This document shows positions 37,841 to 47,789 of a stretch of DNA of 64,000 nt, piece after piece (within the stretch, counting starts at the first letter, position 1; every line of letters begins with the position of its first letter). The DNA is taken from IMG/VR virus record IMGVR_UViG_3300031555_002371, positions 1 through 64,000 of that record; one strand, written 5' to 3'. The notes under the pieces were generated by a model. The model did no database searches and was not told the DNA's origin. It saw only the letters and a list, made by a program, of their open reading frames with translations. A program made the translations under genes and the position numbers. The stretch comes from a virus. Lineage: Duplodnaviria; Caudoviricetes.

Positions 37841-37869
37841 TAAAAAATAGTAATTTTTAGAAACAATGA

Positions 37870-37898
37870 TTGACATTAAAACTGCAATATAGTATAAT
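37870..37898 (+). promoter_or_regulatory. Consensus promoter for the integrase
   Basis: TTGACA-17 bp-TATAAT. Confidence 0.75.
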
Positions 37899-37943
37899 AT
37901 AGGTAACATACTTGTATTGCGGTTTTTTGAAAGGAAAATAAAA

Positions 37944-39212
37944 ATGGCAGAAAGACGCGATACAAAAAATCGTCTCTTAGGAAAAGGTGAATACCAAAAG
38001 AGCGATGGCAGATATATGTATAGATATGTTGATTCAAAGGGAAATGATAGGTTTGTTTATAGTTGGACGCTAACGCAAACCGATAGACCGCCCAAAGGGA
38101 AACGCTCTGATAAATGCTTGCGAGAATTAGAGAAAGAAATTGCCAAAGACTTGCAGGATGAGATAGATTCATTCAAAGCAAAAAAAATGACACTCAACGC
38201 TTTCTACGAGGATTATATTGAGCAGAAGCAGGAGCTAAAAACCTCAACGAGAACCAACTACAAGTATATGTATAAAAAGTATGTTTGGGACTCTATTGGT
38301 CGCAGGAAACTCTCGGAAATCAAATACAGCGACATCAAAAAATTCTACAATCACCTCATTCGTGAGGTTGGTTTCAAGCCGAATAGTATGGAAATAATTC
38401 ACACTATTTTGCATCCCATTTTCGCCACGGCAGTTAGAGACGGTTATATCCGTGTTAATCCTACCGATGGTGTAATGGCTGAAATCAAAAAGAGCAACGA
38501 TTGGGAGAAACCAAAAAGACACGCATTGTCAGTTCAGGAACAAGAAGCATTTGTTGAGTTCGCCAAGTCTCACAGTGTTTATAGCCACTGGCTGCCGTTG
38601 TTCACAGTTCTTCTTGGCACAGGCTGTAGAGTTGGAGAAATCGTTGGTTTGACTTGGGATGATTGTGATTTCAAGAACGGCATTATCAATATTAACCATA
38701 GCCTTATTTACAGACCAGATGAGTTCACCGGCAAGTCTGGGTTCTATATCTCAACTCCGAAAACAAAAGCAGGTGAGCGTGAGATACCGATGTTTGAGGC
38801 TGTGAGAAAAGCATTGCTTAATGAGCGTTTGAGACAGATGCAAGAGGGTTTTAATCAAACTGTCATTGATGGTTATTCTGGCTTTATCTTTTCTAACAGA
38901 TTTAATGGAGTGCTTTCCCCGCACAACATTAACAGAGCGATTGAACGAATTACACGAGATTACAATGTCGCAGAAAGTGAACTTGCGGAAAGGCAAAACA
39001 GAGAGCCTTTACTTCTACCGCATTTCTCGGTTCACAATTTGAGACACACCTTCTGTACTCGTATGTGTGAGAATGAATCCAACATCAAAGTCATTCAAGA
39101 GATTATGGGACATTCCGACATTTCAACGACGATGGATGTTTATAATGAGGCAACTCGTGATAAGAAGAAAGAGTCGTTTGCGGGTCTGGAGGGCAAAATG
39201 AAGATTTGCTAA
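37944..39212 (+). CDS. int: Tyrosine integrase (Tn916-like)
   Basis: N-terminal arm-binding domain GEYQKSDGRYMYRY; TGCRVGE, PKT, HNLRHT, MGHSDISTTMDVY. Confidence 0.95.
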   Translation: MAERRDTKNRLLGKGEYQKSDGRYMYRYVDSKGNDRFVYSWTLTQTDRPPKGKRSDKCLRELEKEIAKDLQDEIDSFKAKKMTLNAFYEDYIEQKQELKTSTRTNYKYMYKKYVWDSIGRRKLSEIKYSDIKKFYNHLIREVGFKPNSMEIIHTILHPIFATAVRDGYIRVNPTDGVMAEIKKSNDWEKPKRHALSVQEQEAFVEFAKSHSVYSHWLPLFTVLLGTGCRVGEIVGLTWDDCDFKNGIININHSLIYRPDEFTGKSGFYISTPKTKAGEREIPMFEAVRKALLNERLRQMQEGFNQTVIDGYSGFIFSNRFNGVLSPHNINRAIERITRDYNVAESELAERQNREPLLLPHFSVHNLRHTFCTRMCENESNIKVIQEIMGHSDISTTMDVYNEATRDKKKESFAGLEGKMKIC

Positions 39213-39522
39213 ATTTACTAAAAAATTTGCAAAAATTGAAGCGTTCATTTTAAGAAGTTTTGCAAAGTTTTAAGAAGTAGGCGAATAAAAAAACAAAAGA
39301 GATTACTATATATTGTGTTTTGACGACAAAAATACCGCAATATATAGTATATTATTCAACGTAGAAAGCGATGTTCTTCTAATCCCCACAATGAAGCCGA
39401 CTGAGCTATAAGTTGCGAAAAAAGGTATTAAAACTCCTTAAAACCTCTTAAAACACCTTACATTTGATCATTTTATAAAATGAGATCATTGTTTTACTAA
39501 AAATTTACTAAAAATAACTAAA
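39213..39522. mobile_element. attP region: lysS 3'-end core flanked by arm-type repeats
   Basis: 39370-39411 translates DVLLIPTMKPTEL* (cf. LysS C-terminus DVLLFPTMKP); TTTACTAAAAA at 39214, 39493, 39504; TTTTAAGAAGT / AAAACYYCTT-like periodic repeats. Confidence 0.75.
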
Positions 39523-39546
39523 CCGCGATAAATACAAGTATGCCGT

Positions 39547-39579
39547 AAAAAAACAAGGATTACCAATCCTTGTTTTTTT
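39547..39579. terminator. Bidirectional terminator
   Basis: AAAAAAACAAGGATT-ACC-AATCCTTGTTTTTTT. Confidence 0.65.
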
Positions 39580-39756
39580 ATATCAAAAAAAAAATACACA
39601 CTACTACAATATCATAATAGCACAAATTATGCACTCATATTTTTGAATGCAAAAAAATGTCGCTAACACATTAGTGACTATTGATGATAAATCCAGCCAG
39701 GAAACTTTTTATAATTGCATGAATGGCATTACAGTAGGCGCATAATTGAAAACGCA

Positions 39757-39790
39757 AAAAAAAATACCCCTGCTATGTGCAGGGGTATTT
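39757..39790 (-). terminator. Terminator downstream of the Panacea-like cassette
   Basis: A-run + AATACCCCTGC..GCAGGGGTATT; near-identical copy at 42172-42203. Confidence 0.75.
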
Positions 39791-39807
39791 GTATGCCACT
39801 GATTGTT

Positions 39808-40836
39808 TTATATTTGTGGTACTCCGCAATCTTCGTCCACCGGAGTTTCGCTGATCGGCTCAGCCAAGGAGACATTTACATCTATTGTTACATTTGAATC
39901 GACATTCGTTTGACTTATGTTCGTATCAGAATCAGGGCAAACAAACTGTAAGATAAACCCAGCGACCATGACCAAGATTAGTACGATACAAACAAACATG
40001 ACAGTATTATCAGAAAAAAATTTCATATCTTCTTTGCCGCCAATTTTTGCTATAAAACGGAACATAGTTGTCATGAAGACAAGGCATACAAGACCAACAA
40101 GAGCGGAAATACTAAATAACCTATAAAAATTTGCCGAGTTAATGCTTTCAATAACCGAAGAAAAATAAAATAATCCTGTAACTATACTAAGAACAATTCC
40201 TGAGAATATACCTAATATAGTTACACTTGTCTCAGACATTCTGGATGTTACTCGATGCATTTGAGACTTTACGGCGTCTTCGACCTTGCTGTCAACGACC
40301 TTCTCTGTGATTTTTTGTACTGCATCAGCTGCTTTGCTTTCTGCTGATTTTTCCATTTTGCGCAAAGTGCTTCCTGATGTTTGAGCAGAACGAATATCGT
40401 AAAAATGGACAAACACGCGGTAATGTTCACTAATCTCTTGGATGTAATCAATAGTAAAATCAAGCACGGTCGGAAATGGATGACGTAGATTTTTTGTTTG
40501 ATAATATTCTTTGCATTGTTCACAAAACGAAGCGTAAGAACCTAAAGCATCAAATTCAAATGGTCTTTTGAATTGATGCGCTTCAAATTCTGAATCTTGG
40601 TAATACGATTTGATATACCGCGCTATTTTTTTAAGAACAAACGATCTGATCTTCGGATTGGTTTTTGCTTCTCTGACATTCAAGTTTGACGTATCTTCTG
40701 GTGACAAAGAATCGATATATTGTTTAGCTTTCTGTATATCAGTTTCGTCTAAAGAATCTTTTTTTGTCAATATGATTGAGCAAAATTCATCAATCAATTG
40801 TTCAATTCGATCATAGTTTTCTTCTTCACAATGCAT
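39808..40836 (-). CDS. Membrane protein with 3 C-terminal TM helices (candidate PanT-type toxin)
   Basis: VTILGIFSGIVLSIVTGLFYFSSVIESI plus two more TMs; overlaps the upstream Panacea-like gene. Confidence 0.65.
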   Translation of the reverse strand: MHCEEENYDRIEQLIDEFCSIILTKKDSLDETDIQKAKQYIDSLSPEDTSNLNVREAKTNPKIRSFVLKKIARYIKSYYQDSEFEAHQFKRPFEFDALGSYASFCEQCKEYYQTKNLRHPFPTVLDFTIDYIQEISEHYRVFVHFYDIRSAQTSGSTLRKMEKSAESKAADAVQKITEKVVDSKVEDAVKSQMHRVTSRMSETSVTILGIFSGIVLSIVTGLFYFSSVIESINSANFYRLFSISALVGLVCLVFMTTMFRFIAKIGGKEDMKFFSDNTVMFVCIVLILVMVAGFILQFVCPDSDTNISQTNVDSNVTIDVNVSLAEPISETPVDEDCGVPQI

Positions 40837-41563
40837 CTTTATTTTTTCTCCAAGCTACTTTGTCGTTAAACAAGTATTTTATCAAGGAAGATGTTGGTTT
40901 GTCCATAATGTCGGAAAAATCTGCGCGTTTTAATTCTTTAACCCTTTTAAGGCATACCTCTTTATTAGCACCCGCGACTCCACGGCTATCAACAATTGGG
41001 TTAATGCATTCTCCGAGGTCATTGGGAGTATACGCACCAAAGGTTTTGAACACAGAGTCAATCATATCCGTAACGCCTAAATCAAGACCAGAGATATCCT
41101 CGTAGTCTTTTGGGATTACTACATTCAAATCAAATGGGCTGGCAATAGAACCATCAGGTATGCTTTTTCTGTTGTCATCATATTTACAACGGGTATATAT
41201 TTCGCTGTCATTAAATCTGTCCATTATCTCTTGAATTGCCGTGCCGCAATCATCATATTTATATATCGTTTCTTTGAATGCTATGCAGTCGCGCCCGGCA
41301 TACGCGAAAGCAACTATCGAAAGTAATTTTCCTAATTTTGTTCTGGTGCAAGAATACCTTTTACCTGTTCTATAAAATAATTGGACAAGATAATTCGTTG
41401 CTTTTGTTAAATTAATCTCTAATTCTTTCATTCTATAATGCGAAAGGCTTCTTTGGGCAGAAATGCCTTCTATATTTACCTCCATTGAAATTTCAATACT
41501 TCCATTATTTAATGGCTTGATTTTAATACAATTTATTCTACCATTATAGTCAAATTTTGTCAA
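40826..41563 (-). CDS. Divergent Panacea (DUF4065/SocA)-like antitoxin
   Basis: TRTKLGKLLSI..FKETIYKYDDCGTAI..MIDSVFKTFGAYTPNDL parallels TxLKLQKLLY..FxExIEAWxxGPV..IDxVxxxYGxxxxxxL. Confidence 0.6.
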   Translation of the reverse strand: MTKFDYNGRINCIKIKPLNNGSIEISMEVNIEGISAQRSLSHYRMKELEINLTKATNYLVQLFYRTGKRYSCTRTKLGKLLSIVAFAYAGRDCIAFKETIYKYDDCGTAIQEIMDRFNDSEIYTRCKYDDNRKSIPDGSIASPFDLNVVIPKDYEDISGLDLGVTDMIDSVFKTFGAYTPNDLGECINPIVDSRGVAGANKEVCLKRVKELKRADFSDIMDKPTSSLIKYLFNDKVAWRKNKDAL

Positions 41564-42171
41564 CTTTTCTACCGCCCTTTTTATAATAAATTTGTAAAAA
41601 TATTGTGAATTCTTGTTTTATTAGTTGATTTTTCTTCGCCAAATACATATAATGTCTATTTATTGCCTTTATATAGGTAGATAATATTATATCACCCTAA
41701 AACTAAAAGTTTTGCCGAATCGACGCAACCAATAAAAAGGTAGAAAATATTCGTTTGACATTTTCCCATCCGATTATCCAAAGTTCGAGTATTTTGTGAA
41801 TTTAAGATATGTATTTATAAATATGACGATTTAGACTTTCCCTTTTAAGAACGCTTGTATTCAAAAGTTTGAGCAGTCATAGATAATAAAATCGCTTAGC
41901 GTTCAATCCTAATATAGTGTTTATATTGTATCATTAAATATAACATTAGAAAGTATTACCTTTTCGAAAAATATCTGACCATTAAGGAATAGAACTACCT
42001 CTTTGACAACTCCTATGTCTTTGCTGCCGTTCTTGAGGTCGTTTTCGTACTTTTCGACCATCTTTTTAGTTATGTGTCCCATGCGAAACAAGGAATTACC
42101 AAGAACATCACGAACCCTGCCGGATCACTTAACCGCTATAACGTATAAATATCAAATCGTACTATAATGGC

Positions 42172-42203
42172 AAAAAAAATACCCCTGCATAGCAGGGGTA
42201 TTT
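42172..42203 (-). terminator. Terminator downstream of the GNAT cassette
   Basis: A-run + AATACCCCTGC-ATA-GCAGGGGTATT. Confidence 0.75.
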
Positions 42204-42270
42204 ACATTAGCTTTTGCGCGGTTAGTATGGTTTACCGACGTGTTGGAAATATTATTGTTCTTATCAATTT

Positions 42271-42826
42271 TCACATAACATAGAACATGGGAGTGCATCC
42301 GCCTATAAAAGGAAGCTCATCTCTCTTCATAAAAGAACTAAATTCCTCAAAACCACACCTTTTATAAAAATTTACGGCTTTAGGAACTGCGTATAGACAT
42401 ATATGCGTAGCTCCAACGCTGTTTATAGAAATAGAATTTATATATTCAATCATGGCCAAAAATAACGCCTGACTAAGAGTATTATACCTCGTAGAATCTT
42501 TGTCATATAGAAGGCTTCTATAATCTTCATCTATTGCAAAGTAATCTATTTCTATAGACGGTATACTTGTGTTATATGTTCTACCATTCAATTCTTCAAC
42601 AACCGCTATACCGTTACAGCAAATTGCACAAACTCCTATAAGTCTGTTGTTTTCTTCGTCGACAAATAAATATGTTACATCTTTTTTTTGATGTTAAACA
42701 TTCATTCTGAACAAAATCACTAATGGCGGGATATTCACAATTGAATTTTTTTAGGATTTCAGCGTCGTTGTCATTTACTCGGTGAAAAGATATTTGGTAT
42801 TCTTCTCCATACTTGTGTGTTATCAT
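42271..42826 (-). pseudogene. GNAT acetyltransferase (toxin-like), frameshifted at an A8 tract
   Basis: FNCEYPAISDF; removing one A at 42682-42689 gives KKDVTYLFVD...IPSIEIDYFAID...LYAVPKAVNFYKRCGF. Confidence 0.75.
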
Positions 42827-42984
42827 TGTTTCTCTTCAATGATTCCAATCTTTTTAACTATTTTGTTTGTCAATTCTCTGTTTTTTTCAATAGTTTTTTC
42901 ATTCTTCTTTTGCTCTTTGAAGAGTTGAGTTCTTTCCTTAGAAACTAAGAAGACGCGATCGCATTTTGCTGTTAATACTGCCAT
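42823..42984 (-). CDS. Small basic protein, candidate antitoxin
   Basis: SD AAGGAG + MAVLTAK..; ATGA overlap with the GNAT gene. Confidence 0.6.
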   Translation of the reverse strand: MAVLTAKCDRVFLVSKERTQLFKEQKKNEKTIEKNRELTNKIVKKIGIIEEKQ

Positions 42985-43095
42985 TTTTTTTCTCCTTCTT
43001 TCTTTCATTTTTTGTCGCCCCTTATTTTTTTGTTTTTTACATTATACTATTAAGAGTGCGAACAATTTGTCGAAAAATATCCTATCACCATTTGT

Positions 43096-43124
43096 ATTAT
43101 ATCATTTTGTTTTACAAATTGCAA
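43096..43124 (-). promoter_or_regulatory. Promoter of the GNAT cassette
   Basis: TTGCAA-17 bp-TATAAT with extended TG on the - strand. Confidence 0.6.
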
Positions 43125-43314
43125 CATTTTATTTCAAAAAATAAATCTTTTTGCAAATCTGACAGAATTCTGACAGTTCATGCCGCCTCTTATGATCAAT
43201 GCCCCATACTATGCCTATTGATACTCTCATTCTATCGACAAATATAGTCTTAAAAATAACACCTTTATATTTCAAAGTTTATCTATAGTTTTCAAATACT
43301 CCTGCTACTGAGAC

Positions 43315-44313
43315 TTATACCGTTGTGCTAATTTTGTAAGTGCCAAGCGGCACGGGCTTATTGTTGATAAAGTCCATGCCGTTCAGCACGATACAATCCT
43401 CGTACACATCTACAAGATAGCCTTGGCTTTCATCATACCGAACAACAAGTTCACCATTAACTACATCTCTTGGAGAACTCGATGAAGGAACATGAACAGA
43501 CTTGAAGCCGTCCGATGTTGAATAGTTGGCAGTAGTATCTAATTCTTGGCACTCAAACTTCGTATGTGAATGCCCATGAAAAATGATTGTGTTTTTGTAT
43601 TGGCTTAACAGGCTTTTGAACTCCGACAATCGATTCCAATTTTCGAAAATTGGAACCGTTTTGTAAGCGCCAACAGGGTTTCCACTACTGATGTACGGAT
43701 GAACAAACACAAAACACCTTTTATTTTTATTTGCCTCAAGTGTTGTGCCTAACCATTGGAATGCTTCATCACTCATTGGCTTGCTTCCTTTTGATTGCCC
43801 TACAAAGATAAACACATCATTTCCTTGCGAAACGGTGTAATATAGATCCCTGCCTGTGTAAGTTTTCAATTCGGTTAAGTTGTTTGTGATATCTACAACA
43901 TAGCTTTCGTGGTTTCCGCAACATCCGTGAACAGGAATAGTATGCTTGTCACATATTTCCTTGAAGTGAGCAAACTGGGCAGGCTGTAGGTTAACTTTGT
44001 CACCATCGTCATAAAGGCCTGTTTGCGTAATATCTCCACAGTGAGCGCAAAAAACACAATCGTTGTTTTCGAAGAAGGAAAGAGCCTTGTCAAACTTCCC
44101 TTCAGGATCCCAAGTAACCCAAGATTCTCCCTTTTTGTAGAAGTGTATATCGCTTACTAACCCAAAAGAGTATAACTTCGCACTAACTACAGGCGTTAGT
44201 CGACCGAGAGGGATTGTACAAACTTTAGCTCCACTACTGTCGTATACACCTATCCTTACCGCACCTTTAGGAGCTGTGTTTTCAGGGATAAAGTGCTTGT
44301 ATCTATACGCCAT
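43315..44313 (-). CDS. Calcineurin-like metallophosphoesterase
   Basis: SDIH, CGDIT, GNHE, FVHP, HGHSH. Confidence 0.88.
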   Translation of the reverse strand: MAYRYKHFIPENTAPKGAVRIGVYDSSGAKVCTIPLGRLTPVVSAKLYSFGLVSDIHFYKKGESWVTWDPEGKFDKALSFFENNDCVFCAHCGDITQTGLYDDGDKVNLQPAQFAHFKEICDKHTIPVHGCCGNHESYVVDITNNLTELKTYTGRDLYYTVSQGNDVFIFVGQSKGSKPMSDEAFQWLGTTLEANKNKRCFVFVHPYISSGNPVGAYKTVPIFENWNRLSEFKSLLSQYKNTIIFHGHSHTKFECQELDTTANYSTSDGFKSVHVPSSSSPRDVVNGELVVRYDESQGYLVDVYEDCIVLNGMDFINNKPVPLGTYKISTTV

Positions 44314-44323
44314 TTACATCACC

Positions 44324-47300
44324 TCACCACATAATGGTTTCATAGGCTGTTCCCGCTACGATAACATCTGTGGTAACTGCCCACTCTTGTGTTGTACCAC
44401 TAAGTGCCAATGAATGGTCATCTTCGGGCATAATAGTATAACCGCCCATAGATTCGTCATACTCTCCAGTTTCAAGATTCGTCGTATTATAATCGCTCTC
44501 TAACCATTGTTCCCACGTCATACCTTCCTCGAATTGGTATGTCGTACCTTCAATAGTAAACTGACTCAAATTGCTGGAAATCTGTTCGTCGATGGTCAGA
44601 ATTGTGTCATCTGTAATGCTTCCGCAAGAGAAACGTAAATAACCTTCACTTACAGGAACGGATGAAGAGATGCCAATGACATCAAATCGCCATACACCAT
44701 TTTCAAGTTGTATCCAAGAATATCCTAAAGACGGGTCTCCAAATACAGCTTGTTTAACAAGTTGCTTGTCCGTATTATAAAAAGCAATCGCGTTAGCATT
44801 CGAATTACTGCTCAATGAAATATTCTTAAGATAGACATAAGTCATATTCTCATAACGAATAAAACCAGAACAATAAGCAGTACTTTCAGCCTGTTCAACA
44901 CCTGATGACTTTATTCTGAATCCGGCTTTATAGCCATCTTCACTGTTAGTGCCAACATAATCACTTCCACTCTCGTTAACTGAAAGCGGGATCAAGTTGG
45001 TATATGAAGTTGTTATGTTTTGATTTATGGCCACAATAGATTCGTCGGTAATTCGTGAGCTGCCGATACGAATGTAAGCAACATTTGAAAGATTCGTAAA
45101 GAGTGAACAATTGGTCAACGATGAAGCATATACACCATTGCCTTTGTATGTTCCATCTGTAACGAACAATTGATACAATGAAGTTCCTTTATTACTACCG
45201 TTAACAGAAATTGGTTGCTTATTACTGTCATAGCAGGTAATATTGGAGTTGTTTTCATTGTTAATACCAATATCTTTAATGCAAATATCATCAGTTGCCG
45301 TGCATGGAATAAAGCCTGTACATTCGTAATTTGCCAATGCACTCTCGCCACCGCCTGACAGAGAAAGCCTGTATCCTGTCTTCCAACCCTTGCCGCCGTT
45401 GAAATGATTGCCGCTTGAATCTGTAGAAATCGGAATTTGGTTGACCATCGCAGCAGCTTTCTCTGCAACAGCAGTAATAACAAGAACCCCCGTTAATTTA
45501 GGAATGTTAATCTCATTACTGTCAACATACAGATTAGTAACATCTACTCCACCCATTAGAACTTCTACACTCTGTAACTCATAACCATCATCCGCATAGA
45601 CAAAGGCGTGATAGTCTTGTGTAACAACTGCAGGGTTGTGGCTGATAGTACAATTTGTTAGGCGGTAAGTGGCAGCATAAGAATCAGCAACATCGTCAAC
45701 TTCAAGGCCGCCAACAGGTGAGAAGCTGCCATCACTATGCTCAAACCTAAGTGTATATGTTCCATCTGGAAGATCACCACGTAAAGTTATTACATTGTTG
45801 TCTTCGATATAACCAGATATATCACCCTCAACCACATCTGCTTTAATATCTAAGCCACTACCTTGAGGCACACCATTCACAAAGAGATACACCAGACCGT
45901 CTGTATGAACTCCTAAAGTCAGTCCGCTTTTATCTGCTTTATCAGAAACCATCTGATTAACAAGCCCGGCAACTTCATTTAATTTAGTGGTAACCGCCTT
46001 GTTTTGAACAGGATTTGTAGAACTAGCACTCAATACAGAATCGACAGTTGTCTTATTTGCACCAGCTGCAATACCATTAAGTTTTGTCACCATATCCTTA
46101 GACATTGCACCATTCTTAGAAGTAGTAGCAGTATCAGTATCTTTCAGAATTTTCTGCCATGCATTATAAGTAAATGTACCAGCCGTTCCACCAGAGTTAA
46201 CACTTTGATACCATTCATTACCCTTGTGGTCAATAATCTTTCTTAATCTATAAACCCAAGTTTTACTTGTTTCGTTATCAATTGTAGTTGACAGCGGTGA
46301 ATATACTTGCATCATAAACGCCATTGTTGTAGGGCAATTTGTCATAGTTGCCACATCTGCATTTTTAGAACAATAGAAGTTACCTACCTTCAGATAAGTA
46401 GTAGTATTTATGTCTGCATTCGCAGGAATCGATGTTCCATAAGGAATCATCGAACAGAATACTCTTTGAAAAGCATTGCCGCTTACATCTTTTGTTTTAG
46501 CATCAAGAATAGCAGTTGCTTGTGCCGCAGAAACAGGTTTATTTATATCAGAAGTGTTATCTACGTTCCCTAATCCAACTTGCGATTTCGTAACACCGTG
46601 AGGATTAGACTTGTTGCTTGTATGAGTATCAAATTCTGTCTTAGACGCTCTACTTGTATCGGTAGGATGTTTATGGTCGCTTCTCGCTACTGTACTTGCA
46701 GAGCCAACCGAAGCAGACCCATCCATGACAGGAGCCGTTGTTGAATAAGATACATGAGTGCCATGAGACGAAGCAGCCTTGCCATCTAAGGCAGATTGAA
46801 GACCAGATACATCCGAAATAGCATGAGTATGAGAATCCAATTCATCTTGCAACGCATCAATTAAGGATTTAATGGCAACACCCTGAGCTGCGCTCAAAGG
46901 TTTATTGGTAACGTTTGTTGTAAGGTTGTTTATAATATCAGACACATTAACCTTGCTTGTCGTAATGCCATCAATTAAGTTCTTGTTATTTTTAATGTAG
47001 GCGACAACTTCGCTCATTTGGTCAAGAGTAGTGTCATCACTGTTAGCAAGAGCGTTCAGACGGGTAGTTAAGCCGGCGATTAAATCACGAATATCATTAT
47101 GAGTAGAATTGGATGTGTTATGGGTGCTAATACTTGTATTTACCGAAGAAGTAGATGCAAGATCAGATGTTTTTGTATCGGTATAAGATTTAGCAGTTTC
47201 TAAAGTTTTATTAGCCTCATCATTGGCGATTTGCCTAATAGGTCGTACTTGGTCTTCCGCAGTAAAATCACGACCATTATCATACATTTTGAGTATAAGA

Positions 47301-47755
47301 TTGCCAACATCCTGTACTACAGATTGATTCATCTCATCAATTTCGGTTTCGGTGTAATAACGGTCATCATGTGTATGAGTTGCGTTTGCTTTATTTACAA
47401 GAAGAGTGTCAATAATATTTGTAGTATAATAATCTTCTGCGTTTGGGAAAAGCACATTACCTTGCTGCCATTGATTGTCTGCCGTTACAATTAAAGCATA
47501 AACACAACTTCCATCGGTTTGCGTAAATACGCATCCTTCACCGTTCAAAGTGGTTGCCAAATTATACAGTATACCATTTTCATCTATTGCTTGTACGACG
47601 CGACCTGCATTGACCGCATCAATGATTTCTTGAAAAGCTGTTTCATATGAAATGGCAACGAATACCTTTGCTTCTGTTTTGGTTGCAAATAGTTTTTTTA
47701 ATTTGTTTAAGAAATCTCTTAAACTTCTTAAACCCGCATATTCTTTTTGTTCCAT
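44324..47755 (-). CDS. Large tail fibre / appendage protein
   Basis: HTHDDRYY, ARSDHKHP, NPHGVTKSQVGLGNVDNTSD fibre repeats; mosaic C-terminus. Confidence 0.75.
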   Translation of the reverse strand: MEQKEYAGLRSLRDFLNKLKKLFATKTEAKVFVAISYETAFQEIIDAVNAGRVVQAIDENGILYNLATTLNGEGCVFTQTDGSCVYALIVTADNQWQQGNVLFPNAEDYYTTNIIDTLLVNKANATHTHDDRYYTETEIDEMNQSVVQDVGNLILKMYDNGRDFTAEDQVRPIRQIANDEANKTLETAKSYTDTKTSDLASTSSVNTSISTHNTSNSTHNDIRDLIAGLTTRLNALANSDDTTLDQMSEVVAYIKNNKNLIDGITTSKVNVSDIINNLTTNVTNKPLSAAQGVAIKSLIDALQDELDSHTHAISDVSGLQSALDGKAASSHGTHVSYSTTAPVMDGSASVGSASTVARSDHKHPTDTSRASKTEFDTHTSNKSNPHGVTKSQVGLGNVDNTSDINKPVSAAQATAILDAKTKDVSGNAFQRVFCSMIPYGTSIPANADINTTTYLKVGNFYCSKNADVATMTNCPTTMAFMMQVYSPLSTTIDNETSKTWVYRLRKIIDHKGNEWYQSVNSGGTAGTFTYNAWQKILKDTDTATTSKNGAMSKDMVTKLNGIAAGANKTTVDSVLSASSTNPVQNKAVTTKLNEVAGLVNQMVSDKADKSGLTLGVHTDGLVYLFVNGVPQGSGLDIKADVVEGDISGYIEDNNVITLRGDLPDGTYTLRFEHSDGSFSPVGGLEVDDVADSYAATYRLTNCTISHNPAVVTQDYHAFVYADDGYELQSVEVLMGGVDVTNLYVDSNEINIPKLTGVLVITAVAEKAAAMVNQIPISTDSSGNHFNGGKGWKTGYRLSLSGGGESALANYECTGFIPCTATDDICIKDIGINNENNSNITCYDSNKQPISVNGSNKGTSLYQLFVTDGTYKGNGVYASSLTNCSLFTNLSNVAYIRIGSSRITDESIVAINQNITTSYTNLIPLSVNESGSDYVGTNSEDGYKAGFRIKSSGVEQAESTAYCSGFIRYENMTYVYLKNISLSSNSNANAIAFYNTDKQLVKQAVFGDPSLGYSWIQLENGVWRFDVIGISSSVPVSEGYLRFSCGSITDDTILTIDEQISSNLSQFTIEGTTYQFEEGMTWEQWLESDYNTTNLETGEYDESMGGYTIMPEDDHSLALSGTTQEWAVTTDVIVAGTAYETIMW

Positions 47756-47789
47756 TTTAATCTCTCCTTTCTACATTTGATATCGTCCC

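Noticed and set aside
37637-39212. Tn916-like conjugative element
   Set aside because: xis and int are Tn916-like, but no relaxase or conjugation genes are seen and both flanks are phage modules
39397-39409. TAGCTCAGTCGG on the - strand looks like a tRNA D-arm
   Set aside because: No anticodon arm, T-arm or acceptor stem follows; better explained by the lysS 3' codons on the + strand
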